Sequence record: OR992645.1
DNA: 64,000 bases
From: Escherichia phage EI-SP-GF
Reading direction: 5' to 3' (one strand)
The translations under genes and the position numbers were made by a program. This document shows, in pieces, positions 29,601 through 37,987 of this stretch. The notes beneath the pieces were generated by a model. That model saw only the letters and a list, made by a program, of their open reading frames with translations. It had not been told where the DNA came from and did not search any database. Within the stretch, counting starts at the first letter, position 1. Each line of letters begins with the position of its first letter.

Positions 29601-30501
29601 ACAGGTAGACTCCGCAGGGAATAAGTATGTGGCAGGTATCCAATTGGGCATGGAAGGCTCTGGAGGCCAAGTTCAATCATACTTCATGGTTAGTGCAAAC
29701 AACTTTGCGGTATACAACCCCGGAAATGGAACAGCAACCCTTGCTTTCGCAATCAAGAACAACCAAGCATTCTTGAAAGATGCTTTTATAGAGAACGGGA
29801 CGATCTCTTCTGCCAAGATTGCACAAGAAATTTCGTCTAACAACTACGATGGCAACGGGTACCATAAATACGGTTGGTATATTAACAAGAACGGACACGC
29901 CCAGTTTATGGATGTGTGGGTGAAAGGTAACATCAACGCTAGTGCAGGTAACTTCACAGGGGCAGTTAACGCTACCAGTGGCACTTTCCGTGGGGATGTT
30001 TATGCCAATAATGGTAGCTTTAGAGGCACCATAGATGCAACAGGAGGTACATTCCGTGGACGTGTAGAAGCTTCCGTTATCCGTGCTAACCAGTTCGAAG
30101 GTGCAATCGTTGCACATAGGACCTATGGTGACTGTCCTCCGGTATATAACTCGCAGCAGAGGGTTTGCCGTTGGAGGTGGAGATATGTGGACAACGTTTC
30201 AGGGCAAGGTAAGAACGTAACATTCTTCTTTAAACTAAACGGAACCTTGTCTGGCTCCCAGCTCAACGTTTGGATAGCCGGACATCAAATCCTTGCAGGT
30301 AAGAAGTACGGAAACGACAACAACGGCATGTGTGCGGTAGGGATAACTGGTCTCGGTGAACAAACCATAGACATTATCGTCGAGATATACACACCATGGT
30401 CAACGTCAAGCGTGACAGGAGTTACAATATCTTGTCCAACCGTAATAGTTAGTCGTTCAAACTCTAGCTTCCAGGGACCTTGGAACGAGTCTCATGACTA
30501 A
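26662..30501 (+). CDS. lambda gpJ-like host specificity / central tail fibre protein
   Basis: 1279 aa; FN3-region motifs PEAPVSVEVKQGYFAITLIPH...FW...YYWYIRTTNAFGSSQFVE and VQSYFMVSANNFAVYNPGNG...NNQAFLKDAFI closely parallel lambda J ([21 protein letters not shown]...YYFYIRSVNTVGKSAFVE; LSQFLVAANRIAFIDPANG). Confidence 0.8.
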   Translation: MPIAMIDNIVASARSSSYDWNASKAALADSLNTVTTRTLDKIFEGNKSYRSQQDRQKLLRSSAAPCSVVYGKTRTSGLLAFLEQDRDRTLHCAIVLANHPLEGIEDILIDGNPISSYGDLVSWELHNDRKTSDPFMGTHCPSWSPDMIGRGISWLRASFKFDPNKFPFGLPNVTLVKVGKKCYDPRISKEVYTNNAALVILDYLRTYLKCPDETINWESFKEAANICDEAVKNADGTSERRYTINGEFDMDEAPASIMAEMLKACGADLSYVAGKYGLLVGAYYGPATMTLSENCVCGEVKIYPEASFDKRSNTITGRFTSPAKGYSETDFPSVFVPEWVEKDGERKIIDIDYRFVTSPYQAQRVSAIFLRRARAGRIIEVTCNMRGFKFKPGRYVTMDLPSIGIVGQEMRVLEWEFTKKGGVKVKLRQDAKEWNDATGQLPDSGDVDIPISPSGVAQPQNFRYSVLQAGEVTHGVLAWDNVGTYAQNIVQVRKNGEIIWTAQTVEQFVRVEGLTKGSYTATVVATSYKGGVSPEAYCEFNIQAPEAPVSVEVKQGYFAITLIPHSRDLASVSTQYDFWTSGMTRLPDTSDATVTSKATRMGVGSTWTSEGLQNDKIYYWYIRTTNAFGSSQFVECAARCYTSIEDLMPQIDAEFKKTETYKELMSTLDSSIEEVENRVTELNKYMDGRVDEAFQQLGDRIGAVVAETTQKFEDVNGNITALDRKLVAAQNKFTNDLNTESGRLASLIETTNKATTDLLNKKTEALDEKLVAAKGELVEQISGVESGYLAGDKTLDGKINTQRTELDASILSTNQATVDLLNRTSETLDQKISQTNATVSKNYTTLDGKITTAKTDLNTLIANTNKATTDLLNQKTSALSEQITSARGEISTNKQAIKDLDGKLTSTKTALDATISDTNKATVDLINGTASAIRQELAVAKQEIIDDVGDVSELRAAVATTSKAVTDLEGKVTAQWGTKIQVDSAGNKYVAGIQLGMEGSGGQVQSYFMVSANNFAVYNPGNGTATLAFAIKNNQAFLKDAFIENGTISSAKIAQEISSNNYDGNGYHKYGWYINKNGHAQFMDVWVKGNINASAGNFTGAVNATSGTFRGDVYANNGSFRGTIDATGGTFRGRVEASVIRANQFEGAIVAHRTYGDCPPVYNSQQRVCRWRWRYVDNVSGQGKNVTFFFKLNGTLSGSQLNVWIAGHQILAGKKYGNDNNGMCAVGITGLGEQTIDIIVEIYTPWSTSSVTGVTISCPTVIVSRSNSSFQGPWNESHD
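28860..29480 (+). repeat. in-frame tandem repeat region encoding repeated T-x-NKATTDLLN-x-KT/ TLDGKI coiled-coil units inside the J-like gene
   Basis: protein segments TNKATTDLLNKKTEALDEK / TNQATVDLLNRTSETLDQK / TNKATTDLLNQKTSALSEQ / TNKATVDLINGTASAIRQE recur about every 40 aa. Confidence 0.5.
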
Positions 30502-30507
30502 CAGTAA

Positions 30508-30536
30508 AGCCCCGCTTCGGCGGGGTTTATTTTTAT
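30508..30536 (+). terminator. rho-independent terminator (UUCG-loop hairpin)
   Basis: gccccgc-ttcg-gcggggt followed by ttatttttat. Confidence 0.7.
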
Positions 30537-30543
30537 GCTCAGA

Positions 30544-30572
30544 TTGACTATTGTTACAAAATTTGGTAAAAT
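30544..30572 (+). promoter_or_regulatory. sigma70-like promoter TTGACT-N17-TAAAAT with TGn
   Basis: ttgact 30544-30549, spacer 17 nt ending tgg, taaaat 30567-30572. Confidence 0.5.
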
Positions 30573-30605
30573 ACCTTGTAGAGATTTTCATACCGGAGGA
30601 GTGAC

Positions 30606-32096
30606 GTGGCTAAGTATGGATTGACAGAGGCTGGTTTCGTTATACCAACCCTAAATGACCTAATCGTTGAAACTAAGCAAAGCCTGATCCGTGCTTTTGG
30701 CGAAAACTTCAACGTACAGAGTAACTCCGTTGCAGATAAGCTGACCACTATCTTCAACGAGCGAGAGTATCAACTTATTCTTATGGCAGCATCTGTATAC
30801 GCATCGCAGACGCTGTATGGGGCAGAAGGTATTTACCTGGATGAGCTTCTTGGAAGACAGGGTATTTACCGAAGAGGCCGTTCTAAATCATCAGGTACCT
30901 GCCAGTTGACAATCAACACAACTGTGCCGTACAATATGATTTATGATTCCAAAACTTATACGCTGGACAGTGGCAACTTTGTTCTTAGCAACGATGTGCA
31001 GGTGGCGGGAAATCTTATTGCTCACAGAATAAACGCTCCAGACCTAAGAATTGGGAAATACAACTTTCAAATTACCAACCAGACAGACGGAAGTATCAAA
31101 ACAAAAAGTCTGGTTTTAACAGATAAGGCTCTGGACTCTTCTGATTTGCCAAGCTTTTACGGCGAGATTAAGCAATTCATTGTCGATAATACAACCCTGC
31201 TGAATGATGATTTAATTCAGATAGATATGTTGACAGGGACGTTGTGGATAGGGTACAATTCGAATCTTGATCAAGTTGGACTTAATAGCAGGGTAGATTT
31301 CAGAGTATCCCCGATTGTAGGGGAAAGAACTATCACCCTAGATGTTATCGCTAACGAGGCTGGTGAGCTGTCAAGAGAGGCAGAAACCGTGACAACAATG
31401 TCACCTACTCCCAGTGGATTTATCAAGCTTACCAACCGAGAAAGATTCAATGAGGGTAGGGATGTTGAGAAAGACTCTGAGTATCGCTTAAGAGCTTCCA
31501 GCACTAAACAGCTGACATCTAAAGCTACCCGTCCTGCAATCCTTAGCGCTGTAAGCGAGGTGAAAGGTGTTGAGAAAGTAAGAGTGTTCTCCAACAACAC
31601 CGATAAAACGGATGCGAAAGGTATACCACCTTATAAGTTTCAAGTGGTGGTGTTTGGTGGTGCAACAGAGGATATCTGTCAGGCGCTGTATCAAACCATA
31701 GCTTGCACAAACAGAACTTATGGGAATATCTTCTACGATATTACCACATCAGACGGTCAGACTGAAAGGATTTATTACTCCAAGGCAAATACCTACCGCC
31801 TAGATGTAAGAATTACCTACTCAGGTGCTGCGCTTTCCACAACCGAAAAAGATGCCATTGTAGAGGCTCTTTTACAGGTTGTTAACGGACTGGATGTTGC
31901 AGATACGTTGTACAATATCCAATTGGTTGGTGCTGCATCAGCTGCTGTGTCAATAGGCAGATTTAACAGACTTGTGATTCAAGTAAAACCTGTGGGAGCC
32001 TCTGATGAAGCTTACACTACAAACGATATTGTTGCAAACATGACTGAGGTGTTTGACCTAGACGAAAGTAATATAACTTTCCAACAAACTATTTAA
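30606..32096 (+). CDS. baseplate J-like wedge protein (P2 gpJ / T4 gp6 family, tentative)
   Basis: 496 aa, GTG start with GGAGG RBS; C-terminal half shows the same pattern as P2 gpJ (alternating hydrophobic strands, ...YNIQLVGAA...); followed by gpI-like gene. Confidence 0.45.
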   Translation: MAKYGLTEAGFVIPTLNDLIVETKQSLIRAFGENFNVQSNSVADKLTTIFNEREYQLILMAASVYASQTLYGAEGIYLDELLGRQGIYRRGRSKSSGTCQLTINTTVPYNMIYDSKTYTLDSGNFVLSNDVQVAGNLIAHRINAPDLRIGKYNFQITNQTDGSIKTKSLVLTDKALDSSDLPSFYGEIKQFIVDNTTLLNDDLIQIDMLTGTLWIGYNSNLDQVGLNSRVDFRVSPIVGERTITLDVIANEAGELSREAETVTTMSPTPSGFIKLTNRERFNEGRDVEKDSEYRLRASSTKQLTSKATRPAILSAVSEVKGVEKVRVFSNNTDKTDAKGIPPYKFQVVVFGGATEDICQALYQTIACTNRTYGNIFYDITTSDGQTERIYYSKANTYRLDVRITYSGAALSTTEKDAIVEALLQVVNGLDVADTLYNIQLVGAASAAVSIGRFNRLVIQVKPVGASDEAYTTNDIVANMTEVFDLDESNITFQQTI

Positions 32097-32107
32097 GGCG
32101 GTGAGAT

Positions 32108-32794
32108 ATGGCAGAGATTAAGTCGGATGTCAACCACATCCACACTCTGCCAGATTTTGTTCAGGGAGGTCTTGATTACCTGCCTGGAGATTTTCTGGCT
32201 GAGAAGGTTAATTTAGTCACATTCTTAACCGTGTACCTTAAAAGGTTGGAGGATGTTGATAAAATGCTGGTAGGCTTGGCTGAAGGAAGATTGCTTAACA
32301 ATGCCAGCGGGAGATACCTTGACGAAGTTGGTAATCAACTCGGTATTCTTCGGAATGGGCTTTCAGATGCGGATTTTCGTGCTACCCTGGTTATTCAGCA
32401 AGCAGCAGCATCAAGGGGTGGGACTCGCGAAGATGTCATCTCCACCTTGCGACAATTGTTCGGAAGAGACAATTTCGATACGTGGAAAGGTGACAATTTC
32501 AGGTTTGACATAAACATTAGAAAAACTTGCTTTGACATATTGCAGTCTATCGACCAGATCTTAGATATGCTGCCATTGCCTTGTCATTTGCGTCTTACGG
32601 AGTCGCAAGGGCAAGCTTTTGGTTTTGAAGGGGACTCTACAGCTCTCGGCTTCGGATCAGTGTGGGAAGAAAACCAGTTCGGGGTTGGTGGGCTGGCTAC
32701 TTTGTTATATGTTCCTGACGTAAGACCTGATTGGGATACCACAACTATTTATTGTGAAAGTATTACAGTAAACGCAACTAGACAGGAGGGTTAA
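32108..32794 (+). CDS. baseplate wedge protein (P2 gpI-like, tentative)
   Basis: 228-aa ORF immediately after baseplate J-like gene. Confidence 0.4.
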   Translation: MAEIKSDVNHIHTLPDFVQGGLDYLPGDFLAEKVNLVTFLTVYLKRLEDVDKMLVGLAEGRLLNNASGRYLDEVGNQLGILRNGLSDADFRATLVIQQAAASRGGTREDVISTLRQLFGRDNFDTWKGDNFRFDINIRKTCFDILQSIDQILDMLPLPCHLRLTESQGQAFGFEGDSTALGFGSVWEENQFGVGGLATLLYVPDVRPDWDTTTIYCESITVNATRQEG

Positions 32795-34866
32795 TGGCAA
32801 CAGCTGTTTTTAAACCTTACCGTGATTACTCTACAATGGCTGCACGGTTTCATTACCGCACAGTTCAGGATACTGCAGTTCCGGGTAGGGATTATGATCA
32901 TGTTGAGGGCGATGTAACTATCCCGGTTGGGGCAACCAGTATTGAGATCCCTGTAGAAATTGTTGACAAATTGCCAAACAGGTTGCCAAGAAGCTTCTTT
33001 ATGGAGTTTTCATCAAACTCCCAAGGGGTTATGATTGGAACACAAAGAGCGAAATGTACAATAGTTTCAGATGAGAATCTTGACAGAATATCTTGGGATA
33101 CCGTTGAGGAGAGAATGTTTCACCCAAGATACTGGGTTACAACCACACAGCAGACTGAAAGCACCTGTATTGTTGCGGATAATAACTGCTGTATTAACCG
33201 TTTAGTGTCAAGAACATATGGGGGCATGGCTGGGTGCATTTGGGAAACAGTTGACAAGTATGACCATTTCGGCATTGGATTTGATGATCACTACGAGATG
33301 AGAAACACCAAGCTTTGGTTCAGAATGTCAATAACCAATGCCAGCAACTTCTCCACCCCTGAAAAGATGATTATGACTGTAGACCTTGTTGATGGTACAA
33401 TCATCTATGTTCCTTTAGCTCAATATGCTGTCAGCATCTCAGAGGATAAGAATGTTGCAGAAATTCATATTGATTTCGAGGACTGCGTCGGGATGGACCA
33501 GAACAACAACATGATGGGTGTTGATCCTCGGCAGGTGAGAAGGATTCTAATACCACTTATGCCTAAAGATTGGGTAGGTAATAGCACAGACCCGAGAACG
33601 GAAAATGTAGAGTGTGAGTTGCGTCTAGATCTTCTTCAGCCGGACACAGGCTGGAAAATGATGCAACTTAACAATATTCAGGTGAAAGAACACGATGTTG
33701 GGATCTGCACAGCATATGACGATATGTGGAACGTATCCCCTTTAAGGGTGTTGAGCAATATCAAGCGTCTGGGCTATACAGGAACCATAAACCATTATGT
33801 TGGTATGAGCCATTATTATGACTACACATGGTCAGGAACCCAATGGTCTATAAACAAAACAGGAGCTCTAAACGCTGCAGCTTATAAATGGCATGATGAT
33901 TTTATGTACAATGCCAAACGACATGACTTCGACGTTATGCAGTCTGTAAGCTTTGAGCTTTATAGCGATGCCTGTCCGTTGGAATGGACCCAGAGAGACT
34001 GGAACGATAACTATGCTAAAACAGGCTATACGCCTTGTAGTTACCTCCTGTCTCCAACCATTGAAGAGGGCATGAATTTCCTTACTGCAGTATTTAAGAA
34101 TTTTGCATCAGCCGCTATGAGAAACAACCTGCCAGTGATTATGCAGATTGGTGAACCGTGGTGGTGGTTCAATACCGATACTCGTAAGCCTTGTATTTAT
34201 GACTACCCTACAAAGCAGGCGTTTTATGATGAGACTGGTGAATATGCACTAGACATTGGGACTATTGACGATCCTAAAACTGGCGGTGTTTATGACAAGT
34301 ATGTAGCATTTTGTCGTGGTAAGCTTGGCGCTCGTATTGCAGCCATTTCAAAGGCAATAAAAGCACACGCTGCATCGGCTCAGATGACAGCTTTACTGTT
34401 TTTCCCCACTATTATGGAAACCGAGCTTACGCAAAAACTGAACCTTGCTGACCAATATAAAAAGGAAGCAGGTGCTCTTGATTTCTTCTGCACTGAGTGC
34501 TACGATTGGGTGATGCAGGGAGGTATTGAAAAGGCAAAAGAGTCTGTAAACATACCTATCGTTAAGTTAGGTTGGAAACCGTCTGAAATACAATACCTTG
34601 CAGGGTTCGTTCCTAGCAAAGAGCTTGCTCCGGTATATGGCTACGACCCAACCAGGAATTACCAAGAATTTTTATGGAGATGTATTTGCGGAAACATGGC
34701 AACCATAGAGTATAGATACCCTGAGGTAAAACAGTATGTGTGGGCATACCCGCAAGTAATGTCTGACAGCATCACTGTTACCGCCAGAGATTCTACTGTT
34801 CTGCATATGGGGCAGGTTGCTCTGAAAGGGTATGTAGAAGATGTTGTTCCGCCAGACTTCTCATAA
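32794..34866 (+). CDS. tail-associated protein with N-terminal Calx-beta-like domain and large C-terminal domain (possible glycoside hydrolase / TIM-barrel)
   Basis: N-terminus VPGRDYDHVEGDVTIPVGATSIEIPVEIVD resembles Calx-beta motif; C-terminal region Trp-rich (GEPWWWF); enzymatic role is inference. Confidence 0.45.
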   Translation: MATAVFKPYRDYSTMAARFHYRTVQDTAVPGRDYDHVEGDVTIPVGATSIEIPVEIVDKLPNRLPRSFFMEFSSNSQGVMIGTQRAKCTIVSDENLDRISWDTVEERMFHPRYWVTTTQQTESTCIVADNNCCINRLVSRTYGGMAGCIWETVDKYDHFGIGFDDHYEMRNTKLWFRMSITNASNFSTPEKMIMTVDLVDGTIIYVPLAQYAVSISEDKNVAEIHIDFEDCVGMDQNNNMMGVDPRQVRRILIPLMPKDWVGNSTDPRTENVECELRLDLLQPDTGWKMMQLNNIQVKEHDVGICTAYDDMWNVSPLRVLSNIKRLGYTGTINHYVGMSHYYDYTWSGTQWSINKTGALNAAAYKWHDDFMYNAKRHDFDVMQSVSFELYSDACPLEWTQRDWNDNYAKTGYTPCSYLLSPTIEEGMNFLTAVFKNFASAAMRNNLPVIMQIGEPWWWFNTDTRKPCIYDYPTKQAFYDETGEYALDIGTIDDPKTGGVYDKYVAFCRGKLGARIAAISKAIKAHAASAQMTALLFFPTIMETELTQKLNLADQYKKEAGALDFFCTECYDWVMQGGIEKAKESVNIPIVKLGWKPSEIQYLAGFVPSKELAPVYGYDPTRNYQEFLWRCICGNMATIEYRYPEVKQYVWAYPQVMSDSITVTARDSTVLHMGQVALKGYVEDVVPPDFS

Positions 34867-34878
34867 TCAGGAGATAAA

Positions 34879-35919
34879 ATGTCAAAACCTAGTTTTCCAT
34901 TAGAGATTTGGGCAGAGGAGGATCAGGTTCTGCCTAACACCCACAGACAGAACAGGCTACGCCCGATTGATGATTTGTGGAGAAAAGGTTGGGATCTTGG
35001 TCAAAAGCCGTCATGTGAAGAACTTAACTATATTTTCAATATGCTCGGGACTTGGGCAAAATATATTGCTGACGAGCAGATCCCCGCCCAAGAGGGCCGT
35101 TATCTGGTACGTGATAATAACCTGAGCGATCTTCTGAACATTCCTGTCGCCCGTAGAAACCTTGGGATTATTACTAAGGAAGAGGCAGACGCCAGGTATG
35201 TAAAAGTTACAGGAGATACAATGACAGGCCCCTTAGGTTTGCAGCGTATCAACTTTAAAGCTGCCGAGACAGATAAGGCTTGGATAGAGACAACTATTGG
35301 TCCAGATAAGACAACTCTCGACTTTGGGTTAAGTGATAACACTGGGGCGTTTGATGATGGTGGCACATCTACAGTAGATGCGTTTCGTTGGAGATTCCAG
35401 CCAACTCAGCCAGACATTAATCCAGAGTTCACTTTGATGTACCTGAACGCGATCACGGCTAACCGTGCGCTGTTGAAAGTGGTAGGTAATGTTGAAGTTG
35501 TCGATAACATGCGGTGTAACAACCTTACCATCAGCAGCACAGCAACATTCACCAACTGTAATGTGGCTAGTCAGTTGACAGCTGGGTCCGTATATGTTAA
35601 TGGCGGCGCAAGTTGTGACAGTATGGTTGTAAGAAGCCAGCATTGTGTTGTCGGTAACAGAAATGTGGTGCGCTCTGTGAATGGAGTGACGGCTAACGGT
35701 AACGGCGATGTAACGATCACCATCCCGCAGACAGGGGTACAGGATATCAGAATCGGTGCAAGACTTGTTGATGGTGTTTCTGAATCTCCAGTTCGCAACG
35801 GCTACGTTGTCACAGGTTGGCATTTTGGTGATAAAAAAGAGATGCGTGGTTCAACCTACTGGGCAGGACCTTTACAAAAACTTGTAAATGGTCAATGGAT
35901 CACTGTTAATTATGCGTAG
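34879..35919 (+). CDS. tail fibre protein (short fibre, copy 1)
   Basis: 346 aa; TGDTMTGPL fibre motif; paralogous to 36935-37978; followed by Tfa chaperone. Confidence 0.7.
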   Translation: MSKPSFPLEIWAEEDQVLPNTHRQNRLRPIDDLWRKGWDLGQKPSCEELNYIFNMLGTWAKYIADEQIPAQEGRYLVRDNNLSDLLNIPVARRNLGIITKEEADARYVKVTGDTMTGPLGLQRINFKAAETDKAWIETTIGPDKTTLDFGLSDNTGAFDDGGTSTVDAFRWRFQPTQPDINPEFTLMYLNAITANRALLKVVGNVEVVDNMRCNNLTISSTATFTNCNVASQLTAGSVYVNGGASCDSMVVRSQHCVVGNRNVVRSVNGVTANGNGDVTITIPQTGVQDIRIGARLVDGVSESPVRNGYVVTGWHFGDKKEMRGSTYWAGPLQKLVNGQWITVNYA

Positions 35920-35933
35920 ATCGGAGGACTAGC

Positions 35934-36518
35934 ATGAAAATACTTCAAGAGTTTAAACTTTACCAACCGGGATCTGGCGAATACTACACCAACAAGGAGA
36001 CCAAGGAGCTGACTCCTCAGGAGGTTGAGGATTACACAGCATACACTGGATATTTTTTACGTAATGATGATGGCGATTGGTATGTGCAATCACGAACACT
36101 GCGACAAGAAAATCCCGGCTGTATCTTCTTACTTGTTGACGAGAAGGGTATTCTTAAGACATCTACAGAAGAACCTGATGCCTTGTGGCCTGCTCCAGGT
36201 CTTCGTGTGGTTATCGCCAAAAAAGAAGAGGTACCAGAAAACATTATGCTCCACCACGACGCTTTGCGTTTAGTTGGTGATGAATTTGTCACAGACAATG
36301 AATTCTTTGTTCAACAGGCAGAGGGTGTCATAGAGACAGAACTTGCTTGGGCTACTGCTAGAATTGGTGCCTATCAAGACATGATTGACCTTGAATACGA
36401 TCTTACTGATGACCAAAAACGCAACATCAGAGATTTGAAAATGTACAGGGTAAAACTTCTTGAAATAGATACATCTAAAGCCCCTGACATTTTCTTCCCG
36501 GAACGACCTACCCTCTAA
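35934..36518 (+). CDS. tail fibre assembly protein (Tfa / P2 gpG-like chaperone)
   Basis: C-terminal motif QKRNIRDLKMYRVKLLEIDTSKAPDIFFPERP matches the conserved Tfa C-terminal signature (..YR..L..vDts.APdI.WP..P). Confidence 0.75.
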   Translation: MKILQEFKLYQPGSGEYYTNKETKELTPQEVEDYTAYTGYFLRNDDGDWYVQSRTLRQENPGCIFLLVDEKGILKTSTEEPDALWPAPGLRVVIAKKEEVPENIMLHHDALRLVGDEFVTDNEFFVQQAEGVIETELAWATARIGAYQDMIDLEYDLTDDQKRNIRDLKMYRVKLLEIDTSKAPDIFFPERPTL

Positions 36519-36529
36519 GAGGAGGTGTT

Positions 36530-36844
36530 GTGGAGTTGGATTTGGCGGCATTGTACGGTATCTGCATGGGTACCGTTGTCCCGATCTGTGTATGGGCTTT
36601 CAACCAGTGGCACACCAAATGGAAAGGTATTTCCAAGAGGTTGGATGAGCTGGAGAAAGACCTCATTTTAGTGAAAAATAGCATGGTTACAAAAGATAGA
36701 CTTGATTCCATTATCGAGACCCGGTTAAGTAAGCTAGAGGCCGATATTAACGACCTTAAGCAAGATGTCAGGACAGATGTCTCCGGTATCCGAGCTGATG
36801 TACAAAAGATTTTGCACATGCTTGTAGAGCATAGTAAAAGGTAA
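36530..36844 (+). CDS. small membrane protein with N-terminal TM helix and coiled coil (holin/spanin-like candidate)
   Basis: 104 aa, GTG start with AAGAGGAGG RBS; hydrophobic LAALYGICMGTVVPICVWAF then charged coiled-coil. Confidence 0.4.
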   Translation: MELDLAALYGICMGTVVPICVWAFNQWHTKWKGISKRLDELEKDLILVKNSMVTKDRLDSIIETRLSKLEADINDLKQDVRTDVSGIRADVQKILHMLVEHSKR

Positions 36845-36874
36845 ACAAAGGTAAGAACGGTAAGGATGCCGTTC

Positions 36875-36903
36875 TTGCATTTTGTTCTCTAAAGTGTTAA
36901 AAT
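36875..36903 (+). promoter_or_regulatory. sigma70-like promoter TTGCAT-N17-TAAAAT with TGn, overlapping a weak upstream hairpin (36855-36874)
   Basis: ttgcat 36875-36880, 17-nt spacer ending tgt, taaaat 36898-36903. Confidence 0.45.
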
Positions 36904-36934
36904 AGTCCTTAAGGAATTTTCTCAGGAGAATGTG

Positions 36935-37978
36935 ATGACTAAACCAGTTATCCCTCTCGATATTTGGGCCAATCAGGATGTTGTGCTTGAAAATACAGGA
37001 GAGTTGAACAAGTCTCAACCGAACAAAGAAGAGAGATTGAAAGGTTGGGATATGACACAAAGGATAGCATGTGAAGTTGTTAACTTTGAACTCCACATGC
37101 TCTCTGCGTGGCTAAAGCATTTAACAGAAGATGTTGTCCCTGGATGGGATAATAGATTCTTAAGGGTCACTAATAATCTGGCAGACGTTCCAGACAAAGC
37201 TGCTGCACGTAAAGTCCTCAATGTATACTCGCCTGAAGAAATGGATGACCTGTATGTTGACAAGACTGGGGACACAATGACCCAGACTCAAACTTTGGGT
37301 CTTCAAAGAATCGAGTTTGCATCCGCGTCAACAGACAATGCAGCGATATACACCACCATAACTCCAGACAAAACGATGATGGATTTCTGGATTATGGACA
37401 ACATCGGCGGCGCTGACGGCACAGACCTTGATGATCCTTCTCACCAAATAGACGGTTTCCGTTGGAGATTTCAACCTTCTGGTGGGCAGCCTGTGTTTTC
37501 GGCTATGAAGCTTAATGCTATAACTGCCAACCGTGCAAGACTGGCTATCCAAGGGAATCTTGAATGCAATGATGCAAAAAGCTCCTCTGCAAATGCTAAT
37601 GCGGTAACGATACCAAGAGCCACTGTTAATGGACAACAATCCTGCGGCAGCGCTCAAATAGGTGGAAGAGTGGATTGTAACGATAACACCGCCAGGGGTC
37701 AATATGCAACAGTTGGTGGGAGAAACGTGGTCCGCAGGGTAAATGGTAGTAGCGCAGATAGCAGTGGTAACCTTACTATTCCTATGCCTAGTAGGGGTGT
37801 TGAAGATGTAAGGATAGCAAACCGTTTCAGAACCACCTACAGAGAATCAAGAGTATACCCTGGGCATGTAATGTGCTCCGGCAATTACGCCTATAAACAC
37901 CCGTATCAAGGCGACTATTGGACTGGTGCCATTCAAAAATTTGTAAACGGTCAATGGATCACTATATCTTATGCTTAA
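36935..37978 (+). CDS. tail fibre protein (short fibre, copy 2, paralog of 34879-35919)
   Basis: N-terminus PLDIWANQDVVLEN / KTGDTMTQTQTLGLQRIEF and C-terminus ...FVNGQWITISYA align with copy 1 (...LVNGQWITVNYA); ATG 36935 preferred over GTG 36932. Confidence 0.7.
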   Translation: MTKPVIPLDIWANQDVVLENTGELNKSQPNKEERLKGWDMTQRIACEVVNFELHMLSAWLKHLTEDVVPGWDNRFLRVTNNLADVPDKAAARKVLNVYSPEEMDDLYVDKTGDTMTQTQTLGLQRIEFASASTDNAAIYTTITPDKTMMDFWIMDNIGGADGTDLDDPSHQIDGFRWRFQPSGGQPVFSAMKLNAITANRARLAIQGNLECNDAKSSSANANAVTIPRATVNGQQSCGSAQIGGRVDCNDNTARGQYATVGGRNVVRRVNGSSADSSGNLTIPMPSRGVEDVRIANRFRTTYRESRVYPGHVMCSGNYAYKHPYQGDYWTGAIQKFVNGQWITISYA

Positions 37979-37987
37979 AGAGGGTAA

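Noticed and set aside
34879-37978. Invertible fibre-switching segment (Gin/Cin-type) or diversity-generating retroelement at the duplicated fibre genes
   Set aside because: Both fibre copies are on the same strand, and no invertase, reverse transcriptase or flanking inverted crossover sites were seen.
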